Assembly: GCF_009914755.1 (NCBI RefSeq)
Contig: NC_060943.1
Length of the DNA stretch: 64,000 nt
Source: the human T2T-CHM13v2.0 reference genome, Homo sapiens
Strand: one strand, 5' to 3'
Within the stretch, counting starts at the first letter, position 1; every line of letters begins with the position of its first letter. Positions 51,753-64,000 of this stretch are shown here, in pieces. The position numbers were made by a program, and so were the translations under genes. The notes under the pieces were generated by a model, which was given only the letters and a program-made list of their open reading frames with translations, had not been told where the DNA came from and made no database searches.

Positions 51753-52535
51753 AGCAAGTCCTCCTGTCTCCTCGTGCAGGGGATCGAGTGCGATTCAGGG
51801 AAGAAAACGACTCTTCCAGGCTGCGCAGCATTTAGAGGTTGAATGTGACCCAGGGTTCTCCTGCCTCCCACTCCAGGCTCAGGCTCCCGAGGAGTGGATT
51901 ATTGACTTAATTATTCCAATTATTGGAAGTACAAAGGTAGGAAAGGGGAGGAGACAGGTGTAGGGACCCAGCTGGAGCCAGGCGTCTGGGGACCCAGGCT
52001 CTTCCAACCCAGAGAACGGGATTGGGAGATGGGGGCCCTCCAAAACCAGCTTCACCACCTCCCAGTGGGATGGTCTCGAGGGTCACCTCGCCTCTCCGAG
52101 CCTCCGTTTCCTCATCTGTAAAGCAGGGAGAGTTTCAGCCCCCCGAGTTCATGATACTCTTGGCTCATGTCCCAGCAGGCGCCAGTTTCTATTTACACAG
52201 GGACTTGGAAGAGGACAGACAGAGGTGGAGTGTGGATGGGCAACTTGGGCCCAGGGCCCAGGGCTATGAATGAATGAATGAAGTGCATTTAGACCCCTCT
52301 ATCCTATGCATCTTGGGAATCTGACACTCCCTACTCCCCAGCACTCCTCTGGTCCAGCGCCTCCTCCTTGCCCTCCCCGCAATTCCCAACAGTTTACTTC
52401 CCACAGGGAATGTTATCACCCCTGTGCTCAAGACCCCTGGCAGCTCTTCCTGGCACCAGGCCTCCCCCAAGGTCTGTGTCCTCACCCCGCTTCTGACCTC
52501 ACCTCGGCCACACTGGCCACCCTTCTGCTCCCTGA

Positions 52536-52961
<426 letters not shown>

Positions 52962-53139
52962 CACTCCACAGTTGTGATTTTATGTTGAGTGGTGATTTGC
53001 GGATTAATGTCACTTGGCCATTAACTCCACAAGGGCAGATCTGTTTTGGTCATTACTGCATCTTGTTTGCCCACCAGAGCTCCTGACAGATAAAAGATAC
53101 TCAAGCAGGTAAAAGATACTCAATGCAAGCATGCTGAAA

Positions 53140-53970
53140 GACGGTGGGTGGGTGGATGGATGGAGCAGTGAAGGGAATGAAAATGAACAGGCGATGGATG
53201 AGCGATAGACAGGTGGATGCATGGATGATGAATGGATGGACAGATGGAAAATGGATAGATGGAATAATGATGGAGGCTTAGGCCGATGGATGGGGGACCA
53301 GGTGGGTGAATGGATAGATGGATGGCTGGGTTACTGATGGGTGTAGATGGGGCGATGAATGGGTGACTGGATGGATGGATGACTGAAGGATGTGTACATG
53401 TGGAGATGGATGGATGGCTGGATATGCAGATGGATGGTTGGATGGATGAGTGGGTTACTGATGGATGTGTAGATGGGGGATGGGTAGGTGGATTACTTGA
53501 TGTGTAAATGGGATGGATGTATGGTTGGATGTGTAGATGGATGGATGGGTGGATTACTGATGGATGTGTAGATGGGGGATGGATGAGTAGGTTACTGATG
53601 GATTTATAGATGGATGATGCATGATGGATGGATGGATGATGGATGGATGGTTACTGATAGATTTATAGATGGATGATGTATGATGGGTGGATGGATGGAT
53701 GAGTGGGTTACTGATGGATGTGTAGATGGGGGATGGATGAATGGGTTACTGATGGATTTATAGATGGATGATGTATGATGGATGGATGGGTGAATGGATG
53801 ATGGATGGATGGATGATGTATGATGGATGGATGGGTGAATGGATGATGGATGGATGGGTGAATGGATGATGGATGGGTGGGTGAATGGGTTACTGATAGG
53901 TTTATAGATGGATGATGGATGATGGGTGAATGGGTTACTGACAGACATGTAGACGGGAGGATGGATGGGT
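53140..53970. repeat. (GGAT)n-rich low-complexity tract
   Basis: Degenerate GGAT/GATG with recurring GGGTTACTGATGG. Confidence 0.9.
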
Positions 53971-54204
53971 GGCTCTGCCTCCACATCTCGGAAATAAAAG
54001 ACGTGTCATTGAAGCCCCTTTTGGGTTTGCCTTTGGAAGGCTCCAGTCCTAGTTAAGGACAAACCAGAGTGGCTTTTTCTCCCCACACACACCCTTACTA
54101 GACCTGTCCCCCAGGGCAGGGGGTAGGGCCTGCTATCTGCAGAGAAAGCAGCCAGAGATCCTCGGCCCTTGACAGACATGGCCCTGCAGGGATGTGGAGA
54201 GGCT

Positions 54205-54310
54205 GGGAACCTCTCTCCTGGGAAGATGCTGTGTTTGTGGGAACCTCTCTCCTGGGAAGATGCTGTGTTTGTGGGAACCTCTCTCCTGGGAAGATGCTGT
54301 GTTTGTGGGA
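54205..54310. repeat. 34-bp repeat, 3 copies
   Basis: GGGAACCTCTCTCCTGGGAAGATGCTGTGTTTGT. Confidence 0.9.
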
Positions 54311-54869
54311 GGAGCTGGGGGGTCTCTTGGAGCCAGAAGCTCAGATGTAACATGACGGCAGGTCTAAGGAATGGAGCTGGGGTGCTTGAGCACGATGCTG
54401 GGCGTCGGGGAAGAGCAGGGGCATCGAGGGGGATGTCCTGGAGAGAAGCTAGGACAACAGGAAAGCCCGGCCCATCTAGGGCCATGCTGGGGGCATCTTG
54501 GAGAAGAAAACAACCAGCTCTTGTCTGATGTCCTGGGCTGTCTTGAAAGGCAGAGGTTTGGCATTCGGGTGATAAACTAGGGTGTCTCCAAGGAGGTGAG
54601 AGAAGTGTTTAGTGGAGAAGTTGAACTGTGTTTTATCCTGGATAAAACAGAGGTAACCAGAGAGATGCGGGGGCTGCTGGGCAGAGGGGTCACCCCACAA
54701 TCTGCCAGGTTCGGGCACACGCACAGCCCCGCCTTCCTTCTCTCCAAGTCCAGGCCCTTAGGGAGGCCAAATGTGGTCCCTCTGAGCCCCCTCATCAGCT
54801 CTCCACCTGGGAGACTCGTCCCAGCCCCAGCCCCGCGAGGGCCCCCAGATATGCAGGTGGGCTTGTGCT

Positions 54870-55602
54870 CTTGTGGCCATTCCCAGGTTTAATTACAAAC
54901 CGATCCGAACATCCCATCTGGGTCGACAGCTGGGAGGGCAGGATTGGGGGGAAGCTGCTGGGCGCAGCCCAGGCCAGGCAACCACGTCCTTCCCCTGCTC
55001 CCAGGTGGAGTAGGGGCCTCACGACTGCCTCGATATCCACTGTCTTGGAGCAGCCTGGCTACCCCGAGATCCCAGGTGACCTCAAGGCTGCCTGCACTTC
55101 AGCGCCAGCATGTATCCTGGCCTGAGAACCCCAAAGCACCTTAAGCGTCCCCCCTCAAAGACAACTGTGCACCCAGTCCTCAGGTGGGAAGAGGAAGCCC
55201 AGCCAGGCCCGGAATCCGCCTCCTCCCCAGGGTCCTGGGAGCTCTGACTCTCCGGGGCGTTAGACCGAACCAGCCAGGCGAGAGGGGGACCCACGGGCCA
55301 GGGCTCCGAGGCAGCGGCTGCTTCTGGATATATTTTCTTTAAAGGCGAAATGGTTCCGTCTTTGGTATGAACACCCTCACTCCAGGCAAAGGAGGGGGTG
55401 GGCAGGGGCCCCGGCAGGAGGAGGCTCTGCCCAGCCCGGGGCCAGCTGGAGGAAGGACCATGCCAGAGGCTCATGCGGAGGAAGGAGAGGCAGCGGTGGT
55501 TCGGCCTGACCAGGATCCAGGAGGAGGGCTGAGAGCCCCAAGGCCATGACAGGCAGGAGCTGGGGCTGAGAACAGGCAGGAGCCAGGGCTGAGAACGGTC
55601 AC
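54870..55602 (-). other. SHC2: SHC2 terminal non-coding exon (3'UTR); ATTAAA at 54888-54893
   Basis: Strong acceptor ttctctttctgcccgcAG at 55603-55604 pairs with a donor just after the stop; 3' end inferred from ATTAAA. Confidence 0.7.
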
Positions 55603-56639
55603 CTGCGGGCAGAAAGAGAAGGCGAGGTCAGGGCTGAGACGGTGGCCGCAGACCTGGGCTCCGGTGTGAGCCACACGCTCTTCTGCCTTGGCATCATCTC
55701 TGCAAGTGCCACACCTCAGGTCCAGCCCAGAGCTCCTCAGGTCGCATGGCTGGGGCTCCGGTGCAGGTGTCCTGAGTCCTTGCTGTGGACCTAGGGCAGT
55801 GCCCTAACCTCTCTGCTGTCTCCTCGCGTGCAAGCGAGAATGCCGATCCCAGTGCCTGTCTCAGAACCGAAGGGTTGAGCACATTCCTGGGACAGGGCAA
55901 CGGCCTCCTGAGCAGGAATCATTACTGCCTTCCAGGTTATTTCTGGGGTCACCAACGCCTTTCCGAGGGGACGCAGGCAGGGACCGGTGCGAACGGAACA
56001 CAGGAGCCCGTGTGCCGCAGGCCGCAGGCAGTTTCAGGTGCTTTACAGGAGCCCCTGCCATACCCGGAGCCCCCTCTGCCTGCAGCCCGAGGCCTGGCTG
56101 GGGGCTGGGTGGAGGCCGCGGCCGCATAGGGGAGGGGCCGCCCAGGAGAGAGGAGGCTGGAAGGAGACCGTTGTCATGGGGACAGGAGAGCGGCCTGACC
56201 TGGCCCAGAAGCGCAGCCCTTGGGAAATTCCACAGCCCCCTCCCCCTGCCGGCCCTCCCTCCTCCCCGGCTGCTCTCTCAGCCTTCACTCCCTCCAGCCC
56301 CACAGCTGCACCCTCTCCTGCCCCAACCTCACCCCAGAGGAGAGACCATGAGATCACCCAGACCTGCCTGTCCCTCCTCCGTCCACACCCTACCATGGGT
56401 CCCCCCGGGCCCCGCACCAAAAGTGGAGGCCTGGGGCTCCTTGGCCCGGCCTGAGGTGTGGTCTTCTCACTGCCTGGGCTCACACGCCAGCCCCTGCCTG
56501 TCCCAGCCCACCGTCCTCTCCGGCAGTGCCCACCCCTCCTCTGGGAAGGAGGCCTGGACACCCAGCACGCCGCAGGGGTCCACAAAGACCAGGTGACGCC
56601 CACCACAGCCGACCGCAGTGTCACGGTCATGGCTGCACG

Positions 56640-57140
56640 CTGCCACCCTCGGGCACATATCCACCCACGGGCAGTGACGCGTGTCCACACACAACCTGCA
56701 CACAAAGGCTCACGGCGGCCAAAAGGCGGAAGCAGCCCCAGCGTCCATCAGCGGATGAACACACAAAACGTGGTCCCCTCACACAGCGGGACATTATCCA
56801 GCCGAGAACAGGAGCCAGGCTCTGGCCCGGGCCACGGCGCAATGCCCCTGGAGGACGTCACGCTCAGTGAGAGACGCCAGACACAGAAGGACACACAGCG
56901 TGGAATCCCATTGCTATGAAATGTCCAGGACAGGCCCATCCACAGAGACAGGAGGCGGATGTGTGGGGTTGGAGCTGGGGAGGGGACAGGGAGTGACGGC
57001 TGGTGGGGACAGGGCTTCTTTCGGGGCTGACAGAATGTTCTGGAATTCAACAGAGATGGTTGCACGGCTCGGATGCTGAACACCCCTGAGTCGTGCCCTC
57101 TAGAGGGAAAGGCACGGCACGTGAACCGGGTCTCAATTTT
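56640..57140 (+). mobile_element. Old L1 (L1MB-like) 3' end, strongly GC-shifted
   Basis: GTCCATCAGCGGATGAA...CGCTCAGTGAGAGACGCCAGACACAGAAGGACACA...ATGAAATGTCCAGGACAGGC. Confidence 0.7.
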
Positions 57141-57207
57141 CAAATCAGAAAAGAATCTGGCAAAGGAGGCAAGGCCAGCGACCCACGGCGGCAGCCACAC
57201 ACCTGGC

Positions 57208-57336
57208 TCAGGGCTCCCGTGAGACCACGCCACGCAGGTGCAGCTCACTCTCGGCGGCCACGATGGGCTGCCCGTTCTGCAGGTGGTGGTCGATCAGGTG
57301 GCTGATGCTCTCAAACAGCACGTCCTTCGTCCGTAC
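57208..57336 (-). CDS. SHC2: SHC2 last coding exon (SH2 C-terminus [18 protein letters not shown]...SREP*)
   Basis: ccgcAG acceptor at 57337-57338; TGA at 57210-57208; donor at 57203/57202. Confidence 0.95.
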
Positions 57337-57574
57337 CTGCGGGACAGAGACCTCGGCATCAGCTCCCGGGAGCCCGCCTGGACCCGTGGAGTAGGATATT
57401 GGCGTTCTGGGGTCCTGCCGGGGAGCCCCTAGGGTGCCTGCATGGACGAGGGGCCGGACCAGGGAATTCCGGGACACCAGCCAAAGGATCGGCCTCAGAA
57501 TTCCAGAACCACCCATGGGCACGGGCTCTGAAACCCCCAGGGTTCTGGGGCCACGCTTCCTGTCGGGAGCTGAA

Positions 57575-57998
57575 AGGTGACCGCGGGAAGATGCGGCCAG
57601 GTCCCAGCCCTCAGAGCCTGTGAACGTGACCTCATTTGGAAAAAGGTCTTGGTAGATAAACAGGTCAAGGGTCCTGGGACGAATGCGTCCAGGATGAGCC
57701 AGGGGGGCCCTAAGTCCACTAGCTGCTTTCCTGACAGGAAAAGGAAAACACGCAGATGGGCAGGAGAGAGCAGAGATTGGAGCCGTGTGTCCACGAGGCT
57801 GGCAGCACCCGGGAGCCCGGCCACCAGCGGGCGCCGGGAGGGGCCTGGGACCGAGGCTCCCTCAGAGCCTCCGGAAGGAACCAGCCCCGGCCACACCTTG
57901 AGTTCGGACTTCTGGCCTCCAGAGCTGTGAGAATGAACCTCTGCTGCTTTAAGCCACTTCGTGTGTGGTCATTTGGTTTGCAGCTCCAGGAAACACAC
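57575..57998 (+). mobile_element. MaLR MLT1 LTR
   Basis: GTGACCTCATTTGGAAAAAGGTCTT...ACACCTTGAGTTCGGACTTCTGGCCTCCAGAGCTGTGAGA. Confidence 0.8.
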
Positions 57999-59049
57999 CC
58001 CTGAAATCCTGGAGACACAGGCCTGAAAATCTGAATCGCCAAATCAAAATCCAGCTGCATTTTTGAACGAGACCCTCTTAGCGCTACCGAGCGCTGGAAC
58101 TGGATGCAAAACCAAGAGACCCTGTGTCCCACGGCTGCCGAGCAGCTCCTGAGTGAGGCTGGGGGCCCTGTGCACATTTCACGTGGGAAGCAGGGGTAAA
58201 TCCACGGCTGCCGAGCAGTTCCCGGGTGAGGCTGGGGGCCCTGTGCACACTTCACGTGCGGAACAGGGACAAATACACATTCCTAGGCCTGTGGCACAAT
58301 CACGTCCTTCTGTGTGGCACTGGGAATGGGAGCTGGGAATCTGCCTTTTAACAAGGTACTGGTAGACGTTCTGAAGCTTCTCCAGGTGTAGTGGCTGCCG
58401 GTCTGACCCCAGCGATCCATTTAACAGAGAAAATCTGGCCTGGGAAAGAACTGAGGTATCACACACCAGGCTAGAGGCTAGGCAGTGGCGGGGACACCAG
58501 AAACAGTCTGAGGGGGCTCAGGAACTGGGAGAACAGGCAGCTCTCGCCCAAGCCCTGCCCCCTCCAGCTCTGTCCCAGGCCGGGGTGCACAAGAGCCCCC
58601 ACCTGCCCGCCCGCCGCCGTGTGCTTCACGCAGAGACCAGGCTCACACCAGCCCAAGAGCCACCTGAGGATTCAGCTGGATGGCTGAAAACGCCTCCTAC
58701 GCTCTGAGAGGCCTCCGAACCCTCTAGCACCTCCTCACCTGGGAAATAACCTGTGCAGCCCTCGGACGCTCAAAACGCTTCATAAACCCTAGAACTCCTT
58801 GTAAATTGGAAAATGCTTTGTAAACCTTTAAATGCTTTAGAAGCTGGAGATTACTAAATCTCATTGGCCCAGAGCAACTGTAAGATGCGCCATGATTTTA
58901 GGTACCAGGAGGAGAGAGAAGAGAAAAACCTCCCTGTAAAATAATGATGCACTTCAAATATGCAATTGATGGTTTTTAAACAAAATCCAGACTCTAGAGA
59001 TATCAAAATTCAGGCGGGGAGAGTGTATATCTTAAAACTGAAGCAGTTA

Positions 59050-60233
<1,184 letters not shown>

Positions 60234-60385
60234 TCAAAGGCAACATCTGGAACAATCTGGAAAAACTTCATAAACATGGAAAGCTCCTGCATGCCCCGAG
60301 ACCCTCGAGACCCTTGAGACCCTCCCACCTGTGCCCAGCGAAGCCCCTGGATGCCCCGAGACCCTCCCACCTGTGCACAGCTTAC

Positions 60386-60696
60386 CACGCCCTCGGGGTC
60401 CACGAGCAGCAGGTGCTTGGGCTGCCCGGCGTGCATGCCGGTGAGGACATACTGCCCGGGGTTGGTGACGCTGTCTCGCACAAGGAAGTCCCCGTCAGCT
60501 CGAAGCATCCTCTCTGCCGCCCGGCGGCTCATCCGGCCGTGGTACCAGGGCTCCTGACGCAGCTGTTCCTCCGTGGGGGCCACAGGGGCCCGGCGGGTAG
60601 GGGGGCTGGGCCACTGGTCCTCCAAGGGAAGAGGGGCTGCTGTCACGCCTGCCGCCACTGAGCACTCATGCAACTTCAGGGCATCCTCAAAGGGTC
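60386..60696 (-). CDS. SHC2: SHC2 exon (end of CH1 plus SH2 N-part: PFEDALK...WYHGRMSR...FLVRDS...LLLVDPEGV)
   Basis: SH2 signature WYHG/FLVRDS; gcAG acceptor, GTAAGC donor; 311 nt, phases fit. Confidence 0.96.
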
Positions 60697-61339
60697 CTGC
60701 AGGCCAGGGACAGGAGTGCTGGGCAGGCAGGGGGCAAGCAGCTACTCCTGCCGGGACCAGAGCTGGGAGAAACAGGTTCCCCAGGGAGTCCCTCATGCAC
60801 CCGTCGGCCTGCGCTGACTGAGCACCCACAGTGTATCAGACTCGCACTCTGCCCAGCCCCGTGCCTGCGGTGGGCTCACATGTGTAGCAACCTGGACTCC
60901 CCAGGTTGGGTTTTCTAGGCACGTACTAAGCATGTACAAAGGGTAACAGCAGCTCTTTCTTTCAGAGGTTAACTCCTATTTCTTTTTCCTGCCTTGTCAG
61001 GTGGGCTTCCTTCCCAAAGCGTACGCCTCTCGTTTCCTTGTCTGGTCTTACTGCATTGGCCGCGGGGCCTCCAATGTGCCCTAAATACTCAAGACGACAG
61101 CCGGCACCCCTCTCTTGCCCCTAGCGTTAAAATGTTCTGCCCTGGGTTTTCTAACGGCTTCCAACAATGCCAACATCTGACAGGCCACTCTAAGGCTCTC
61201 CTCTGAGTGTCAGTCCCCTCATTGTCAAACAGGGGTGGGCGTGTCCCCAGGCAGAAAGCAGCATGGTTCAGACCCTGCAGTGCTGGAGCCCCAGCCCTGA
61301 CGGAGATGCATCTACCCGTGGCTGGGGCGGCCTTGAATT

Positions 61340-61930
61340 CCTCCAGCTCCTGGTCCTGGGGGGTCCTCCCGCCCTGACCCTCACTCCCTGGTCTCCCGCC
61401 CCTCCAGCTCCTGGTCCTGGGGGGTCCTCCCGCCCTGACCCTCACTCCCTGGTCTCCCGCCCCTCCAGCTCCTGGTCCTGGGGGGTCCTCCCGCCCTGAC
61501 CCTCACTCCCTGGTCTCCGGCCCCTCCAGCTCCTGGTCCTGGGGGGTCCTCCCGCCCTGACCCTCACTCCCTGGTCTCCCGCCCCTCCAGCTCCTGGTCC
61601 TGGGGGGTCCTCCCGCCCTGACCCTCACTCCCTGGTCTCCCGCCCCTCCAGCTCCTGGTCCTGGGGGGTCCTCCCGCCCTGACCCTCACTCCCTGGTCTC
61701 CCGCCCCTCCAGCTCCTGGTCCTGGGGGGTCCTCCCGCCCTGACCCTCGCTCCCTGGTCTCCCGCCCCTCCAGCTCCTGGTCCTGGGGGGTCCTCCCCCC
61801 CTGACCCTCACTCCCTGGTCTCCCGCCCCTCCAGCTCCTGGTCCTGGGGGGTCCTCCCGCCCTGACCCTCGCTCCCTGGTCTCCCGCCCCTCCAGCTCCT
61901 GGTCCTGGGGGGTCCTCCAGCCCTGACCCT
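61340..61930. repeat. 61-bp VNTR in SHC2 intron, about 9.7 copies
   Basis: CTCCAGCTCCTGGTCCTGGGGGGTCCTCCCGCCCTGACCCTCACTCCCTGGTCTCCCGCCC. Confidence 0.95.
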
Positions 61931-63336
61931 GGGGGCTGAGCCAGCTCCAACTCCTAGCCTGGCCAGTCAGCATGTTCACCTCCCCCTCCCAGCCAGCGAC
62001 TGGTTTGGGGACGAGCACGTGGCGAATCAGAGGCAGCCCCAGGACTCTTCGTGGAGGACGGACGAGAAGACACCCTTCCTCAACCGGGGCTGCCTGGCAG
62101 TCTGGTCACCCTGAGGGACAGCCTGCCTCAGAGGGAAGCTCAGAGCCCCAAGCCCCTCCTTTCCCATCTGAGGGCTGCTGTGAGGAGCCAAGAGGAGCAA
62201 GCTCTTCACGTAGTGCTTGGTACACAGCAGGCGCCCACTAGGTGCTAGATGGTGTCATTATTGTGAAGCTGAGGAGAAGCTGCTTTGTCAGGTGGTGGAG
62301 GAAAGGGAGAAATTTGCAGTTAGCTTGGGAGGCATCCTGAGCTCAGGCAAGGACCCTACCCGGCAGCTCAGAGCCAACACCTCTCCGTGCTGGAGAAGGG
62401 CAGAGTCGAGGCTGCAGGAAATCAGGAGAGAACTCTGGACACCTCAGCCAAGGAAGGACAAGCCTCCTCCGCCCGGCTGGGGGCTCCCTCGGGCTGGGTC
62501 ATCCACGGGGAAGGAAGGAACGGGCTCACCGTCAGACTAGCCACTTTGTCCAGAGGTGGACTAAGCCTCCCTCATTGGACTGGGCGTTCCTTCAAGCAGG
62601 AAGCTGTGCCTCCCCCATCAGGCCGGGATTTCCGTAGGAAGAATCCTCAGACCCCGGAGTCACGTGAAGAGAAAACTCATCAGACTAGGGAGACCCAGAG
62701 TCAGCGTGCAAGACCAGCGGGCCAGGCAGTCGTCCCAGCAGGCCGGGATTCCCACAGAGAAAAGACGAGGCCTCCCCTCTCAGACTAAGGAGTCCCATGG
62801 GGCGAGGGTCTGGCTTCCCCTGTTGACTGGAGGGCCTCACAGACGGGGCCGCAGCCTCCCACCACACTGACCATTCTTTCAAGGAATGACGAACCTCCTC
62901 CCTTCAGACCGGGGGTTCCGACAGAGGCAGGTGGGTTACCCCCGAGAGAGTGGAGCTTCTCACAGAGCGGGGGCCAGCGGCATTCCCAACCAGACTGGGG
63001 GTTCAGCAGGGAGGCCCCGGGAGATGGGGTCCTGTAGGAGGGGCTGGGCCTCACCCATTACACTGCTCGGCCGCATTCGCTAGAGAGAATGGGCCTCCCC
63101 TGTCAGACTGGCCCCTTTTAAGGCAGAGTCCAGGACACCCCCATCAGACAAGGCCTCCGACAGGAGACAGACTGGGCTTCCCCGTCCCACCCGTCGACTT
63201 GAAGGATCTCACGGGGAGAAGGGAGCCTCCCCCATCAGACCAGGGAATCCCGTAGGGAGTGGGGGTGGGGTTGTGCCTCCCCCATCAGACAACACGGCCA
63301 CACGCGATGACGGCCGCCCCCCAGGCTGCCACATAC

Positions 63337-63471
63337 GCATGTCAAACAGATCCTTTTTGGGGCTGTCCTCCGGCTCGGGGGCGTCCAGACCCTGGGTGTT
63401 GACATACAGGTGCTCCTCGTGGTCCGGGGGGCCCCGGGCGTCCGCCTGCACGTAGCCGTCCCCCGGTGGAG
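63337..63471 (-). CDS. SHC2: SHC2 exon (CH1: PPGDGYVQADARG...HLYVNTQGL...KKDLFDM)
   Basis: YVNT Grb2-binding motif and DLFDM typical of the SHC family; cccAG acceptor, GTATGT donor; 135 nt; gene continues beyond the window. Confidence 0.95.
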
Positions 63472-64000
63472 CTGGGGAGTGTAAAGAGGGGCAGGGGGTC
63501 AGCTGGGAGCCAGGCGAGGGGCTCGCAGGGAGCAAGGCGGGGTCCCACGAGGAGCTCCCCCGGCCACCACCTGTGCTGCTGGCTGCAGGGCGGATGCTGC
63601 TCTGGTCTCCCTGTGGTAACCCGCCCGTCTGCAGGTGCCACAGGGAGCATCTTACAGCAGCAAAGCCCCGTCGGGGCTCCAACCAGGGACAAGAGTGGGG
63701 CAGCGTGCGGCTGGGGCTGTGGGCACCAGACGTCCACGCCCAGGGAGAAGGCAGCCGCTGCTCCACCCCACCCCGCCCTGGCCCTCCCCGGCCCAGGGTC
63801 CAGAGCTTCCCAGTGCGTGTATGTTCAGTCTCCACATTTAAAAATAATCACAGTAACTCTGCTTCCCTGTAATTATGCTATCAACATGACGCACGGAGGG
63901 TCACTTATTCTGACTCAGTTCTATTTCAGGATTTTCCTTCCTTTCTTTTTTTAATTGTATTTTGAACGTGTAAAGTGTTTACATGGGGCCGGGCGTGGTG

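Overview
Human subtelomeric 19p13.3-type sequence: GC-rich, dense in Alu elements and VNTRs. It holds three minus-strand protein-coding genes. THEG/SPMAP2 is complete: 8 coding exons between 1059 and 14829, all with GT-AG junctions, summing to 1140 nt (379 aa). C2CD4C is complete: a non-coding exon 1 plus a single-exon 421-aa CDS at 45549-46814 in a CpG island. SHC2 is partial: three coding exons carrying the CH1 YVNT motif and the SH2 domain, plus a non-coding last exon. Between the genes lie a 5'-truncated HERV-K(HML-2) provirus (decayed env plus a full 3' LTR5), a solo HERV-H LTR7 in THEG intron 6, another solo LTR, MaLR/MLT2/MER20/MER104/L1M fragments, about 20 Alus and more than 10 minisatellites. 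Gene and repeat names rest on my recognition of the sequences, not on database searches. I found no convincing wholly new coding system; the long ORFs outside these genes are repeat or GC artefacts. The best second-look items are structural or regulatory: the one-sided HERV-K insertion into a locally copied segment, an L1-derived YY1-like array split by LTR7, a non-TE inverted duplication in THEG intron 7, a consensus X-box plus CRE half-site at the THEG promoter, and C2CD4C translational and 3'-end features.
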